Source: Felis catus
Taxonomy: Eukaryota
Direction of reading: 5' to 3'
Length of the DNA: 64,000 bases
Assembly: GCF_018350175.1 (NCBI RefSeq)
Contig: NC_058368.1
Coordinates: forward strand, 106,952,001 to 107,016,000
How positions within the stretch are numbered: the first letter of the stretch is position 1; every line of letters starts with the position of its first letter. The notes beneath the pieces are model-generated. The model was not told the DNA's origin. It searched no databases and saw nothing but the letters and a program-made list of their open reading frames with translations. This document shows, one piece after another, positions 37,225 to 49,929 of this stretch. The position numbers and the translations under genes are program-made.

Positions 37225-37339
37225 TGGATGCTCTTTGACAGATGCTTTGATGTTTGCGGTGGGTACTCCGGTTGATTAGAAAAAAAGCAGACCTTAACAA
37301 TGACACAAGTTAAGTTCATTATAACAAACTGATAATTTC

Positions 37340-37830
37340 AGAGAATAAGAACAGTGGTAAATAGAATAGAACAAAAATATTTTATTGAGAGTGGAAGTAA
37401 GGAAAAGCCTCTTTGAGGAGGTGACATTGAAAACTTAAATGATTATAGGAGTCAGTCTAACCACCACCCCCCACCCCAACCCCAGTTAATGGCAAGGGAA
37501 GTAGCGGATACAAAGATCATCAGGAATATAGAAACAACGTATTTAAAAAACTGCAAAAAGCTCAATGAGGCTGACGAGTTGTTAATAGAAGGAGCTGTTG
37601 ATAGGAGGGTAGTTGTTAACTGCAGAAGTAGCCAGAAGCTTGAACTTGAAGGATCTTAAAAAGATTTGAGGTTTGAAGGATCTTGAAAAGATTTGAGGTT
37701 CTCAGACTGCAGGGGGAAGCCATTAAGGTTGGGATTGATATTACTGAAGCGAGACCAAGAGTAAAAGCAGGGAGACCAGTTAAGAGATTATTGAAATGGT
37801 TCCGCTGAGCCGGGCTTATAGCTTGAACTA
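37340..37830 (-). mobile_element. L2 relic
   Basis: ggaaaagcctctttgaggaggtgacattgaa, gcagggagaccagttaagagattattg. Confidence 0.7.
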
Positions 37831-38267
37831 GAATGGATAAAAATAGACACATTGGCCGATTTGGGGGGAATTTGCTTTCTCTTGATTCCATTTTGTTTTC
37901 TCTTTTTCTCTTATGTGGTTTATGCACACATAATGCCCTGGATTTTAGAATGAAGAAAATGAGGTAATTAGAAGCACAACTGATTGAATTAAAACCACAG
38001 TTTTTGGAGTTTGTTTTCATTTGTCTGTTTACCTAGATAGACCATCAGAGATAACTCTCTGAGTTGTATACATTAAAAGTCTATCATTATTTGTGTCACG
38101 TTAGAGAATAACAGGAAACACTTCTGATGTCACATTGACCATCTGACTTCCAAGCAGGTACCAAAGAAGAGAATGAAAATGGGGCTTAGAAAGAATCTTT
38201 TCTTCCTTCCTTATTCTACCAAGGGGTTCAGCTTCCTCTCAGGTGTGAATAAGGAAGGTGCACACAG

Positions 38268-38510
38268 AGGCAGCATAATTTCATAAGTAAGAACACGGGT
38301 TCTGATACAAGACTGCCTCACCTCTGTTCCACGTCTTCCACTTGGTTGGGCAAGTTACATAATCTCTTTATGCCTCAGTTTCAAATCTATAAAATGAAGA
38401 TGAAAATAGAACCCACTGCATGGAGTTGTTGGGATAATGGAATGAGTAATATAAAGTAGGTGTTTAGAAGAGCGTCTGGCATATAAGCCTTGTTAAAAAA
38501 TATTAGCTTT
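38268..38510 (+). mobile_element. MIR
   Basis: ttgggcaagttacataatctctttatgcctcagtttcaaatctataaaatg core. Confidence 0.8.
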
Positions 38511-40793
38511 TAAGTTTGTGAAAGATCAGTATGCGGTTGTTAAATAGTTTGAAAAGTTGTCACCAATAAGAGGGTTATATATTTAAAGTAAGCATAAAAG
38601 TACACTGTTTCACTTTTTCTATGTGCAACCTGGAGATGAGTCACGTACTGGAAATACTTTCTTGCCAACTTGAACACCCAAAAATCCAACATCAGCAAAA
38701 GGGCAAAATGAAGAAGGAAAATGAAAGGAACATCTAGGGTTTCCACTTACGTCCTCTTTTCTATTAAGAATGTGAAGGGAGAGGCTCTTGGTAGATGTTT
38801 GCTATTTTCCAAAGATGGAAATCTGTTGGAGGAACCTCTACACTTAAGAGCATTTTGACACCTCTAATTAGTGTATTGCAAATAAACAAGAAAACAAATA
38901 AGACAAGGCAGGTCATGGACTTTACAGTGACTAACCTTAAATACAACTAAAGACATAAACTCTATGATGCGTTTTCTCTTAAAGAATTTTAAGAGATGCT
39001 AGAAAATAGTTTTGTCTGGATAACTGAGTTGGATTGTAAACAACAGTCTGCAAGAGTCATATTTCCCAAGATGGCACTCTGATTTTTTTTTTTTTTTTTG
39101 TAAACCAGCAGACCGCTTTGGCAATAGCCAAAACATTCAGGAATAACTGTTAATGACATAGCCAGATGTGCCTTAGAGAATCAACTGTCTGGCCAAACCA
39201 CCAAATTCTACAGAAAGGGAGAATGAGCTCAGCAGGTAGAAAAAATTCCATCATGCATGATGTATGCTAGGAATATTATTGTGACTCAATAGCATGGTCT
39301 TTATTTCCTATTGGGTTTAAAACTCTTCCTTAAGCCCGTTTTCTTCCAGTGTTACTGCAAGATAACAAATACACCTTCCTAAGTCATAGCCTGGTGTCCT
39401 GAAAGCATTCACCTGTGTTCAGCAGGCTTGATTCATTTCCAGGGCACCTTGTACTCAGTGGTGATTCTCGCTGATTACAGAAGACAAGCCAGAATTAGTC
39501 ATTCAAATGTTTTATTACGTAAGAGCTGTTTTACTATGTTTTGTTTATTAAGAATTTATTTTTTAAACAAATTATGATTTGAAGATACTTCGGTAAGGAA
39601 ACACTGGGTTATCTTTATATTAGCAGGGAATGCTTTCTCACTTCTTGGAACCTCTTCAGGCTTCCCCTTGAGGTTCTTTACCAGAGGAGGCCTCTCCCTT
39701 CCTGTCTCTCTCTCCTCAGAGGAGGTGGAGGAAGAGGATTTATCTGAATAGAGAGTTTGAGAGCTCATTCAGGGCAACTTCTTTGTTTCTCTGTGTTTCT
39801 GTCTGTTTCAGTGTCTCTCCCTCCATTTCAGCCAGATGCTGGCAAGAAGATGCATTCTCAGCTGTACCTTTTTCCACAAGAGCTTTTCTTGCCTGTAGGT
39901 GTTTTGCAATCTCATCTGCTTTCTGTCATGCGGTAACCTTATCAGATTAGGTTCTGGGTGGGGGTCGGAGAAGAGGAGTGAGAAGGATCAGGCAGTTTGT
40001 TTTTGAAAAGGAAGTACATTCAGTTCAGAGGCATGGAAGTAAGTCCACTTGAGCTATTGATGCCAATGAGTGCCTAATTGCTAGCGGAATGGGATAGGGC
40101 TAGGATGTCTCAGGGATGAAGGAATGAGACTCGAGGGGTATCCACTGGCTTATAAAGTATCTCCAGCGTTTGAGCAAGGTGGAGCAGGTGTAATTGTAAG
40201 GGCTGTAACGCTGATTAGTAAGCTGCTCTGTGCCATTTATACACCAAGGGAAGAAAATGATAGTGGCAGAGGACTTAACTCTTAGGTCAACATGTGAAAG
40301 CTTGAAAGGCCTCCATGGTAGCATTTAAAGACCTCCTCATCTCCTGAAGTCACAGGGCGCACCATTGTAAAGTTCAGTCCCAGGACCTGGTTTTCAGACT
40401 AGCAGATTTACAAAGATGGTTGAACTAACAGCCCTCAAAAGTTTCCTTGGTTAATGTCAAAGCACTGATAAAGGAATGAGATCTTGAGATATGGACGAAG
40501 AATGTGTAGATGACTGTCTTGGACACCCAGACTCTCAGCTCTACCCTGAGCCTTCTAAGCCAACAGGAGTGTCTCCTTCCCCTTGCTGTTGAACAGCACC
40601 CTCTCCTTGCTTGGAGACAACTTAAAGTCCTCATGTGAGAGATGTGCCTCTCAAGGTGTCTCTGGCCTCAAAATCTGCCCTAACATCCCTCATGGCTTCT
40701 GAACCACAAACTAGATTCAGTCTCAATGTGGCCTGACCAGGGAAATATTGGGAGGAAATAGGTTATTCATCAAAAATATCTCAGGGGGCACCT

Positions 40794-40912
40794 GGGTGCC
40801 TCAGTTGGTTGAGTGTCTGACTTTGGCTCAGGTCATGATCTCGCAGTTCATGAGTTCGAGCCTTGCCTCGGGCTCTGTGCTGACAGCGTGGAGCTTGGAG
40901 CCTGCTTCGGGT

Positions 40913-40945
<33 letters not shown>

Positions 40946-41027
40946 GTCTATCTCTCTCTCTGTCTCTGCCCCTCCCTCGCTCACGCTCTTTCTATCTCCA
41001 AAATAAATAAACATTAAAAAAAAAAAA
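40794..41027 (+). mobile_element. Can-SINE in ERVL
   Basis: Flanked by aaaa.atctcagg. Confidence 0.93.
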
Positions 41028-42609
41028 TCTCAGGACCTAGTTAATGTGTACTGGCAGGGACCAAAAGAGCATGCTGGGTACTGGATAAGGATACCTATAA
41101 TTTAAGGTTTAATGTCTTAGCAAGTATACTTCTAGCTATTCCTAACAGGCTGCCAATATAGCTCCTTGAAGTTGGGGGAAAAAAATGATAGCTGGAAAAG
41201 CTGGAAATGCATGGATAAATACTAACAAAAAGCTCAGACAACTAGTCACGTCAGAAAAGATTTATTAGGTAACACCAGCGAAGGGTTGACTGTGTTCCCC
41301 AGAAGGCCCCAAAGGAAACTCCCATTCACTTGAGCCTTAGGAATCTTCTAGTGAAGGAGGACCAGCATGATAAAGAAGCTCAGATGGCTGTTCTTTGTAG
41401 GCAGGGCAGAGAGTATGCTCTACTCTTAAGGGTCTGGGTTCCCTCAAGGTAATAGGATTCCAGGCTAGCAAAGGCCACGTGGCAGCACTTAATGATCAGA
41501 GTCTAGATGGATGCAATTACTATCATGGGCAGTACTGTCAGAGCCGACCAGGGAGCCCTGACCCATAGGGATCGGTCAATGGTAATGATTTGTAGACCAT
41601 GGTGATCGTAGGGTCAAGATAGATGGGCAGCCCGCAAAAGTATACTGTAACATCTAAAATAAAAAATGCTCAAGAGTGTAAGAAGAGAAGGCTTATGTCA
41701 GCCATAGCAAAGTCATGATCCCTTGCCAGTTTCCATACATGAGCCAGTTCTTAGACCTGGAGTTCAAAGACTTAAAAACTAACTTCCTTTGAGGAAAGAT
41801 TCTTAAATGTCTATGTAATGTTTATATTGTGATTCTCTTAGTCCTCCTTCTTGGGAACCTATGACCATTTCACAGGTAACATGTGTTCTACGGGGAAAGG
41901 AATATCTTTCAGGGTAGTTTGATACAGGGTGCGAGAGGACTTTAAAGGAGGGTATAAAAACATCATCATGTCTCCCCTGCAAGAGTGCAGGGGGGCCAGT
42001 GATAGTGTCTTGGCTCAAAGTTGGTCTCACAGTGGGCCCAGTATGTCATTTTTCCTGGTCTCTGAGTGCACAATTGGTATGGATATACTTGGTAGCTCGC
42101 TGTACCCTCATGCTGTTTTTCTGGCCTGTGGAGTAAGAGCCAGAAGGGGAGAAGAGGCCAAGTAGAAGCTCTTGAGCTTGCTGACTTTGGCCAAGATAAT
42201 AAGTCAGAAACAATACGTCATTCTATGTGCAATTACAGGGATCAGTGCTAACCTCAAAAACATAAAAGGATACACATTACTATTATATCCCCATTTAACC
42301 TACCAGTCTGGTTGTACAAAAGTGAGATGAATTATGGCAGATGATGTGAAACTATTTATTGGGTAACATGGAAGGCTGTTACTTTAGAATGGGACTTCTT
42401 GGTATGTTCAGCCTGCATTACCAGCCCTGCTGCTACTTGGGCCATATGTCATGGCAGATCCTATGTGCTAGAGATTTCTTGATAAGGATGCCATGTACGT
42501 TTTCTGCAAGCCCCAAAAGAAGCATCATAGCATAGACACCCCACACTTCTGGAACAATATGACATCATCTACTACAGGGAACTTTTCATCTTTTGAAAAG
42601 TAACTTCTT

Positions 42610-42779
42610 GGGGTGCCTGGGTGGCTCATTCAGTTAAGCATCTGAATCTTGATTTCGGCTCAGGTCATGATCTCATGGTTCCTGAGATTGGGCCCCACAT
42701 CCAGCTCTGTGCTGACAGTGTAGAGCCTGCTTGGGATTCTCATTCTCCCTCTCTCTCTGCCCCTCCCTTGCCCTACTCT
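42610..42779 (+). mobile_element. Can-SINE in ERVL, lacking A-tail
   Basis: ggggtgcctgggtggctca head through the CT tract. Confidence 0.9.
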
Positions 42780-44885
42780 ACTGCTGGACCATAACAGACG
42801 CTTGACATCTCTGGTACATGTCCATCTGTATCTGGGTTTTGTCGACCCACCAAGTAATCATATTGAAGGTAAAGCATATGAAGGAAATGATACATTCAAG
42901 TTCAGACCCAAAGGAGCCTGGAGGACAGAAAGAAGTTAAAGATAATCCAAATTTCCTCTTCCAGACACTTTCCTTATTGCACTAATGCAGTTCCCTATGA
43001 CCAGCTGACAAAACATGATGGGTTCAGGCTGTCATGTTGGCAAAATTCAAGAGTGTATTGCTGCTTTAATCGCACTCAAGATTGTCCTGAAAGATATCAG
43101 TGAGGCAAAATCCTCCTATGGGCAGAACTTTGAATGGTATACACAATCATCAAGCAGGTATGGAAGGGAAGTGATCTGAGGTAAGACTATGCATGTGCCT
43201 ATATCCCTGACACTCTGACTATATCCATGGCAGCACAGTGCTTGAAAAATTGGCCTTTAAACAGAGTACTCAGAACATCAAGGATAAAGGTTTACACATG
43301 TATGCTAAAGGCTGCCCAGCTAGTATACATTTACTACCATTGCTGAATCTCAACCAATCAAAAGAAAAAAAAAAAAAAAAAGGATGTTAACCTCCCAATA
43401 TGGCACCGTTCTTCAAGAAACCAAACAGCCACTGGGTGGCAAGTTGAAAATCAGACCTCTTTCAGCCTGGAGGGATGGATACATGTTTGAGTATATGTTT
43501 TTCCATCTTTTCCAGTGTTAAGGGGGCAGCACAACTCTCTATGTCTGAATACCTAGAAAGCTTCCAATCTCTTCCACTTTTTGCTTCTTCTGGCAAAGCT
43601 GGGGTAACATACCCACATTGTTTGCCTGTTTTGCTCACTGACAAAGCCATAGCCCAACAGAAGGGAATGGTGCTTCCCTCATACACCTTGTGTCAGTCAA
43701 GCTAGTTTCAGAGACCAAAGGCTGCCTAGAGACTCTTGTAGACCCAGAGGTTTGGGTCCAGCATGAGTGCAGAGCAAAATCCTGATCAATTCTGTTCAGT
43801 GCTTATCTCTGCTGAACTTCCGTACTGCTTCTCGAGTAAGATGCACACAACAAGAAGGTCTGTGGGAGACTCACCACTCCTTTACAGACTCATGTTGCCC
43901 AAGACTGACTTATTCAGCTGTCCTTTTCTGCTAGAACAAACAAGTAAAACTTAACGATATAGAAAGCTTGGTGACATTTTCCTCTAGCATCCCCAAACTG
44001 AAGAAGATGGTAATTAAGTCATTTCCTGTATAATAAACACAGCAAAATATTAAAGTGAAGCTAATCAGCCTGAGGAGCATTACTAAAAAGGAAGGGGAAG
44101 GAAGAGAGGGAGATAAATCACTCGTGGGTGCCATTGGGAGGAAATAAGGCAAGTAAGACTTGAAGTTTGTGTTTGGTAATATTCTAATTACAGCTACCCA
44201 CTGTGGTGCAGAGTAAATTTAATTTTTATTACCCAAACGCAGCCTTCTGTTCTCACTGCGATAAGCATTACCCTAAGAACTAGCTTATGGGACTCAAATG
44301 GATTGACTTTTGGGGTTGGTGTCCTGAGGTGTCTTAATAATTTCATCCTCACATAAGAGAGTGCAGAGGAATACCTGGATGGATAAAGTATCAATGGCAA
44401 TGTAATGGCAGATGTGGTGGGAATAACATTTTGCCTTATTCTTTCCATTTAAAAACCGTATTTCTTATAATATGTTTTCTCCTTTTCCTTTGCTTTGCTT
44501 TTGCTGGATGAATCCGGTTTTTCCTCCTCTTTCTTGTCTTGTACTGGCAACTTGATATTACTATTATAGAGTTCTACTTTTCTAATGGCTAACTTCCTAT
44601 TTCGAAGTACTAGCATTTCATTCTATACTTCTCGGTTGATGAAACAAATTTAAATAATATCCTTCCTGGCAGTTTATTCCCCAGGCATCAAAAAGAGTTC
44701 TGATATGAAACCCAGCCTCCACTGATTGCACAGGTATGGGAGTGAGCAGAGGCGATGTGTGTCACATGACAGTTTCTGGGTGAAAACCATCCAATATTGG
44801 TGGCTGTGGTGGGGGTTGTTGAATGATTCAAGGGCAGACACAAGAGTCAGTGACTCAGACTGCCTCAGTTCTTGTGCTTTTATTA

Positions 44886-45749
44886 CAGTAAAACCTTGGT
44901 TTGTGAGCACAACTCATTCCGGAAGCATGCCTGTAATCCAAAGCACTTGTATATCAAAGTGAATTTCCCCATAAGAAATAATGGAAACTCAGAAGATTTG
45001 TTCCGTAACCCAAAAATATTCATATAAAATGATTATAATACTGTAATACAATACAAAATAATAAAATAGAAAATATAAAGAAAAATAAACAAATTAACCT
45101 CAACTTACTTTGAAAACCTTCATGGCTGGTGTGAGGGAGACAAGAGAGAGGAGGGTTATTGTGCAGGACAACTCTTACTATCACTAACAGAATCACTGCT
45201 ATCTATCGGCTCAATGGATTCTTCTTCTGCATGGGGCCATTGTATTCACTTGCACAGATGATGACTACAGTACAGTATTAATAAACTCTTGTTACATACT
45301 GTATTTAATGTAATTGGCACTATGGCAGCAGAGGAAAGGGTCTGTATCTGCAGGCAGCCTGACCTAGAATGAAGCAAAGCATTCCTAAGCTCACTCTTAT
45401 AGGGAAAAGCAAAGGACTGTCCATAGATGCTTTGAAGTGACAAAAACTACACTAGTGTCAGTTGCTGGCACCTTCCAACATTCTGAAAAATCACTGATTT
45501 TTGGCAAACACCATGGCCTGAGACCAAGCATCTGAGGATGGGAGACGATCACCCACAGTCCTGCAGGGGGAGACAGAGAGAGAACAAGAGGAGTACCATT
45601 GGCTCAGTTGTGATCATGTGACGTTTGGTGTCACATACTACTCATATTACAAGACATTACTCGCTTATCAAGTGAAAATTTATTAGAAATATTTGCTCAT
45701 CTTCCAGAACACTCACAGAGCAAGTTACTCGCAATCCAAGGTTTTATAT
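44886..45749 (-). mobile_element. Tigger/pogo-like non-autonomous DNA transposon (long form)
   Basis: TA followed by cagtaaaaccttggtttg ... gcaatccaaggtttta inverted termini; no transposase ORF. Confidence 0.8.
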
Positions 45750-47929
45750 ATTTGCATTTTTCCCCCCAGACCCTGCTGTACTTTCTCATCTTGTGGTTAT
45801 TGATAGGTCCTGCTTTAAAAAAAAAAAAAAAAAAAAAAATCCCTGAACTTTTGGATTTGTGTCTTTTTTTTTTTAAGTTTTTATTTTTTTTATTTTTTTT
45901 TGGAATTTCAGAGTTTCCTCATCTAGATTTTGAGACCAAATTGTTCCTGTCTGCTTTGTGTTTTTAAGGAATTCCCCATTTTGCTGGTTTTGTTGTGCCA
46001 ACATTTCCTGTTATCGGAGCCCCTATGAGTTAGACTTGATATTTAATCTGTAATTGAAGCTGCATTTTTTTTAAGGAAGGCAAAGCCATGACATACATGG
46101 CTATTGTGGTCTCTATGCTAAAATCCAGAGAAAGGGATTGATTGAGTAAATGAGAAAACAATAGATCATTGGGGGTTATTTATATTTTGTTTGTGAAATG
46201 CGATTGATACAGAAACTCACCAAACGTTTCCAGAGGCAGTATGCCTTAGATCAAATTTGAATATCATATAACTCATACTCAGTACTTCGTTTAATGCAAA
46301 AACAGCACAAACATTTAGATTTTATTTTCAAATAGTTGTAAAAATCACTCAAGGGGAAGATGTTGATCCTCATGACGTCTTGCATTTATTATTTTTATTC
46401 TCCTAGCCACTTGCTTTCCTTTTTCTTTGGAGTCAAACATGCAGGGTCTGTCAGTCATGAATCCGCCTTTTTGAACTACCTTTTTTGTTTTCTACATTGG
46501 CGTGTTCCACTTAGTTCTTACTTTCCACTGTATAGCTGTGTTGGAGGCTAGTTGTGAATAGAGAGTTGGAGCTGACTCCGTGTGTGTTTACCCAGAATTT
46601 CACCACCCACTGTTCCTTGTCATTAATTGAAAGAGAAAATAGAAGCTAACAGGAACCAGAGTTGATGTGGCTTACAAAGTTAATGAAGTGGAGGAAATAT
46701 GAAGATTCGGGAGATGAAGGACGACGCACCCCATGAATTACAGAAATAACTACTCCGAATTGAACAAGTTCCTGATGTTTTTTTGGATGCATATTCTTAA
46801 AATATCAAGGGCTGTGTACAAAAACACAAAGTAATTAGAAATCCAGAAAAATTAATGGAAATAGATTCACTTTGCCATAGAAGGAAGAGAATCAGGAGTT
46901 TGGAAAGAGTTGATTTAAAAAAGATTGGTACGATACGAAAGAGAATTAAGAAATAATGAAGAGAGAAATGTGTGTCTCGAAAGCACTTAGGCTGTGATAT
47001 AAGAGGTCAGTATTTCAGTGCAATAAAATCATGTAACTAGGAGATATCAACCAATATATGGCTCTAACCACCTATGCATAAAAACGTAGACGTCATCTCT
47101 ACGGACATAACAATGTAAATATGTTTGGGGGGGGGGATTTTTTTTTTAAGTGAATAGCACAACAATTCAAGGGAAAACAGCTTTATTGAGTAAGATGTTT
47201 TGATAAGCTTGTTAACCGGGACAAAAGCATTTCAGGTTAGTTCCCAGATGAAAGAGAAAGCAATTCTGCTACATAAAAGGTGGGGGAAGTAAAGGGATGC
47301 TCAGTGTTGCTGTAAGGGTGGAGAAAATGGTTAGTATCGCTGACAAAACACTTTCAAAAGACCAGGCATATCTAGTGAGAATTTACCAAATTATTTGTTA
47401 GTGACTTTTACTTAAATCTTTTCTTTCATCTCACCCATAAAATTTTCAACAAATTCTCAGTTGCTCACTAATGCTTTTTGTGAATGGATTGTTTCCATGG
47501 GATATTTTAAAACTTCAGGGGAAGTAGTGTGATCTATGAAGAAAATCAAAACACCTTGGAAAGCCAAAAGCTTGTAACCACAGCCAGTCTTATTTGTGAA
47601 ACTTGAAAACACAGTAAAAATATTTCTTTCATTTAGGAAATGACAGAAACTACCTACTCCTATATATTATGCTACTTTTAGTCATTCAACCTTGAGTTAT
47701 GGACTTTCTACCCTTCATAAAGCACTCGTTAGCACAATTGAATGATTAAGTTTACTTAAAATGGGATAGTGAGTAGCAATTAGATCTTATATAATCAAAT
47801 GCCAAAGTAATTTAATGGACACTAAGTATAATGAGTATTCAGAAGTATAGATCGCTCTGAAGAGATAACTGGGGAAAGAACTCAAAAAGGAAATTAAATA
47901 TGAACTAGATCTTAAAAGATAGGTGAAAT

Positions 47930-48183
47930 TGCTTTCCTTCCTGCCTTCCTTCCTTTCTTCCTTTCCCTTTCCTTCTTCCTCCCTCCTTCCCTCCCTCCCT
48001 CCCTCCTTTCTCTTTCTCTCTTTCTTATTTCCTTCTTTTCTTTCCCTTCTTTCCTCCCTCCCTCCCCCTTCCTCCCTCCTTCCCTCCCTCCCTCCCTCCC
48101 TCTCTCCCTCCCTCCCTCCCTCCCTTCCTTCCTTCCTTTCATTTCCTTTCCTTTCTTTCTTTCTTTCCTTCTTTCTTTCTTTC
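47930..48183. repeat. Compound polypyrimidine tract (TTCC/CTCC/TTTC)
   Basis: About 250 bp almost entirely C/T. Confidence 0.95.
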
Positions 48184-48303
48184 TCCGTAGGCTTCACACC
48201 CACCATAGAGCCCAACATGAAGCTTGAATTCATGACCCTGAGATCAAGATTAGAGCTGAGATTGAGAGTCAGATGCTTCGCTGACTGAATCACCCAGGTA
48301 CCC
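48184..48303 (-). mobile_element. Can-SINE 5' half abutting the pyrimidine tract
   Basis: tcatgaccctgagatcaaga...gactgaatcacccaggtaccc. Confidence 0.85.
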
Positions 48304-48489
48304 AGATAGGTGTAATTTTCTTACACAGAGAATGGAGTGGACATTGAGGGACCAGAAGAAGGGAGATGTGTGAATAACAGTGTGGAGATGTGGGCAAAGC
48401 ACAAATGTGTTTGAGGAAGAGTGGACATAAAGTTCCAGTGGCAAGTGAGAATGGTAGCAAAATAAGCCAGAAATCAGAGTCTGATCCTA

Positions 48490-48760
48490 CTTCACATGTC
48501 TGATCCTCAATCACAGCATTATCCAGGCTCTCCTAGGACTTGTGAAAGTATGGGGATTGGTGGAGATTCAGAGGTCCCTGAGGCTTGGAATGTTGAGGTT
48601 AGGCTGGGGTGGAATGTATCCAAGAATTCTGAACCCACAAATCTCACAGAACTCCCTTTGCCAGCAGAGGCCCCCTTTCTTTTGTCCTCCAATGAGCTGG
48701 CTCTGCTGTACTTAAAGACCTCCTCTGAAGTAGTGACCTCCTCTGAAGCAGGCATGTGAA
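48490..48760 (+). mobile_element. ERVL/MaLR gag-like internal fragment
   Basis: IGGDSEVPEAWNVEV...EPTNLTELPLPAEA resembles recalled ERVL IGKEWDPETWNGDV...EPLNS.E..LP.E. Confidence 0.5.
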
Positions 48761-48766
48761 CATGGA

Positions 48767-48979
48767 TTTATTTTATTTTATTTTTTTATGTTTGTTTATT
48801 TTTGAGAGAGAGAGACAGAGCACTAGCAGGGGAGGGGCAGAGGTAGAGACAGAATCCGAAGTAGGGTCCAGGCTCTAAGCTGTCAGGACAAAGCCTGATG
48901 TGGAGCTTGAACCCACGAGCCACAAGATCATGACTTGAGCCGCATTCTGGTGCTTAACCAACTGAGCCACCCAGGTGCC
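48767..48979 (-). mobile_element. Can-SINE
   Basis: TSD atggattt. Confidence 0.9.
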
Positions 48980-49149
48980 TGGAGAATGGATTTTTAAAGT
49001 GCTGGATCATAGAAGAAAGGACATGGCATTTCCTGGGCCATTTCACACATATACCCTCAATTTCTTCATATAATTTGGCAAAATCTTGCAATTCTTTTTG
49101 GGTATAAACCATCTCCTTCTGGGTCAGACTTTGTGTTTGTTCCCTGACC

Positions 49150-49564
49150 TGTTAGTTTTACACGCCTGCTATTACAAAACTACCACAGACTTGGTGCTTA
49201 AAACCATACAAGTTAATTCCCTTAGAGCTCTGGTTATCAGAATCCCTTAATGGTGAGTCAGCAAGGCTGAGTTACTTTTGGAAGCTCTAGGAAAGAATCG
49301 GTTGCCCTTTCCAGCTTCCAGAGGCTGTCAGCATTCCTTGACTCATAGCCCCATCCTCCACCTAGAAAGCCAACAGTGTGGCCGCTTTGAATCTCTTTTT
49401 GTCAATCTGACCCTTCTCTCCCCCTCTGATGAGGATTCTTGTGATTATACTGAACTCACTCAGATAATTCGGGATAATCTTCCCATTTCAAGAACCTTAA
49501 TTTAATCACATCTACAAAGTCCCTTCTGTAAGAAAACATATTCAAGGGTCCCAAGGATTAGGAT
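49150..49564 (-). mobile_element. MaLR LTR (MLT1C-like)
   Basis: taccacagacttggtgcttaaaacc, tttccagcttccagaggctg, ggataatcttcccatttcaagaaccttaatttaatcacatct. Confidence 0.85.
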
Positions 49565-49814
49565 TGTTAAAATAATTGAACAAGAGGCCATTCAATTGAG
49601 GTGGCTGTAATGATTGGTAGCCCATATAAGCAAACCAAAACCTAAGCCAGAGTCAATTTCTATAAGTGCTCTCATACCCCAGAAAACAAATTTAAGAACA
49701 CCCAATCACAAACAGCCAACTAGGTTTTCTCATATAAGGCAACTACTTAAACTGTAGCCAATCAAATATTTTCCTTTGTTTTGCTTCTGCAACTGCTGTA
49801 AAAAGCCCTTCCCT
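49565..49814 (+). mobile_element. ERV1 LTR 5' part (MER93-like)
   Basis: tgttaaaataattg...gaggccatt...taagcaaaccaaaacc...ccaatcaaatattttc. Confidence 0.7.
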
Positions 49815-49907
49815 GGGGCACCTGGGTGGCTCTATTGGTTGAGCGTCTGACTTTGGCTCAGGTCATGATCTCACAGTTTGTGGGTTCGATCCCTGCATTG
49901 GGCTCTG
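49815..49907 (+). mobile_element. 3'-truncated Can-SINE
   Basis: SINE head stops at gggctctg. Confidence 0.88.
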
Positions 49908-49929
49908 AGGTCTGTTATTCAGTCTAGTC

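Larger units (their letters stand above)
40050..43530 (+). mobile_element. Decayed ERVL internal region (gag-pro-pol), interrupted by two SINEs
   Basis: gag KDLLIS*SHRA...QDLVFRLADLQRWLN*QPSKVSLVNVKALIKE*DLEIW (~40327-40495); protease FDTGCERTL (~41918); RT start SPFNLPVW (~42287); integrase YGTV...WQVE (~43400-43447). Confidence 0.8.

Noticed and set aside
36984..37319. Possible coding exon (111-aa minus ORF; ttccag acceptor-like site on plus at 37020)
   Set aside because: No recognisable protein in any frame and no matching donor.
47787..48293. 168-aa and 121-aa ORFs
   Set aside because: Low-complexity translations of the purine/pyrimidine tract plus SINE.
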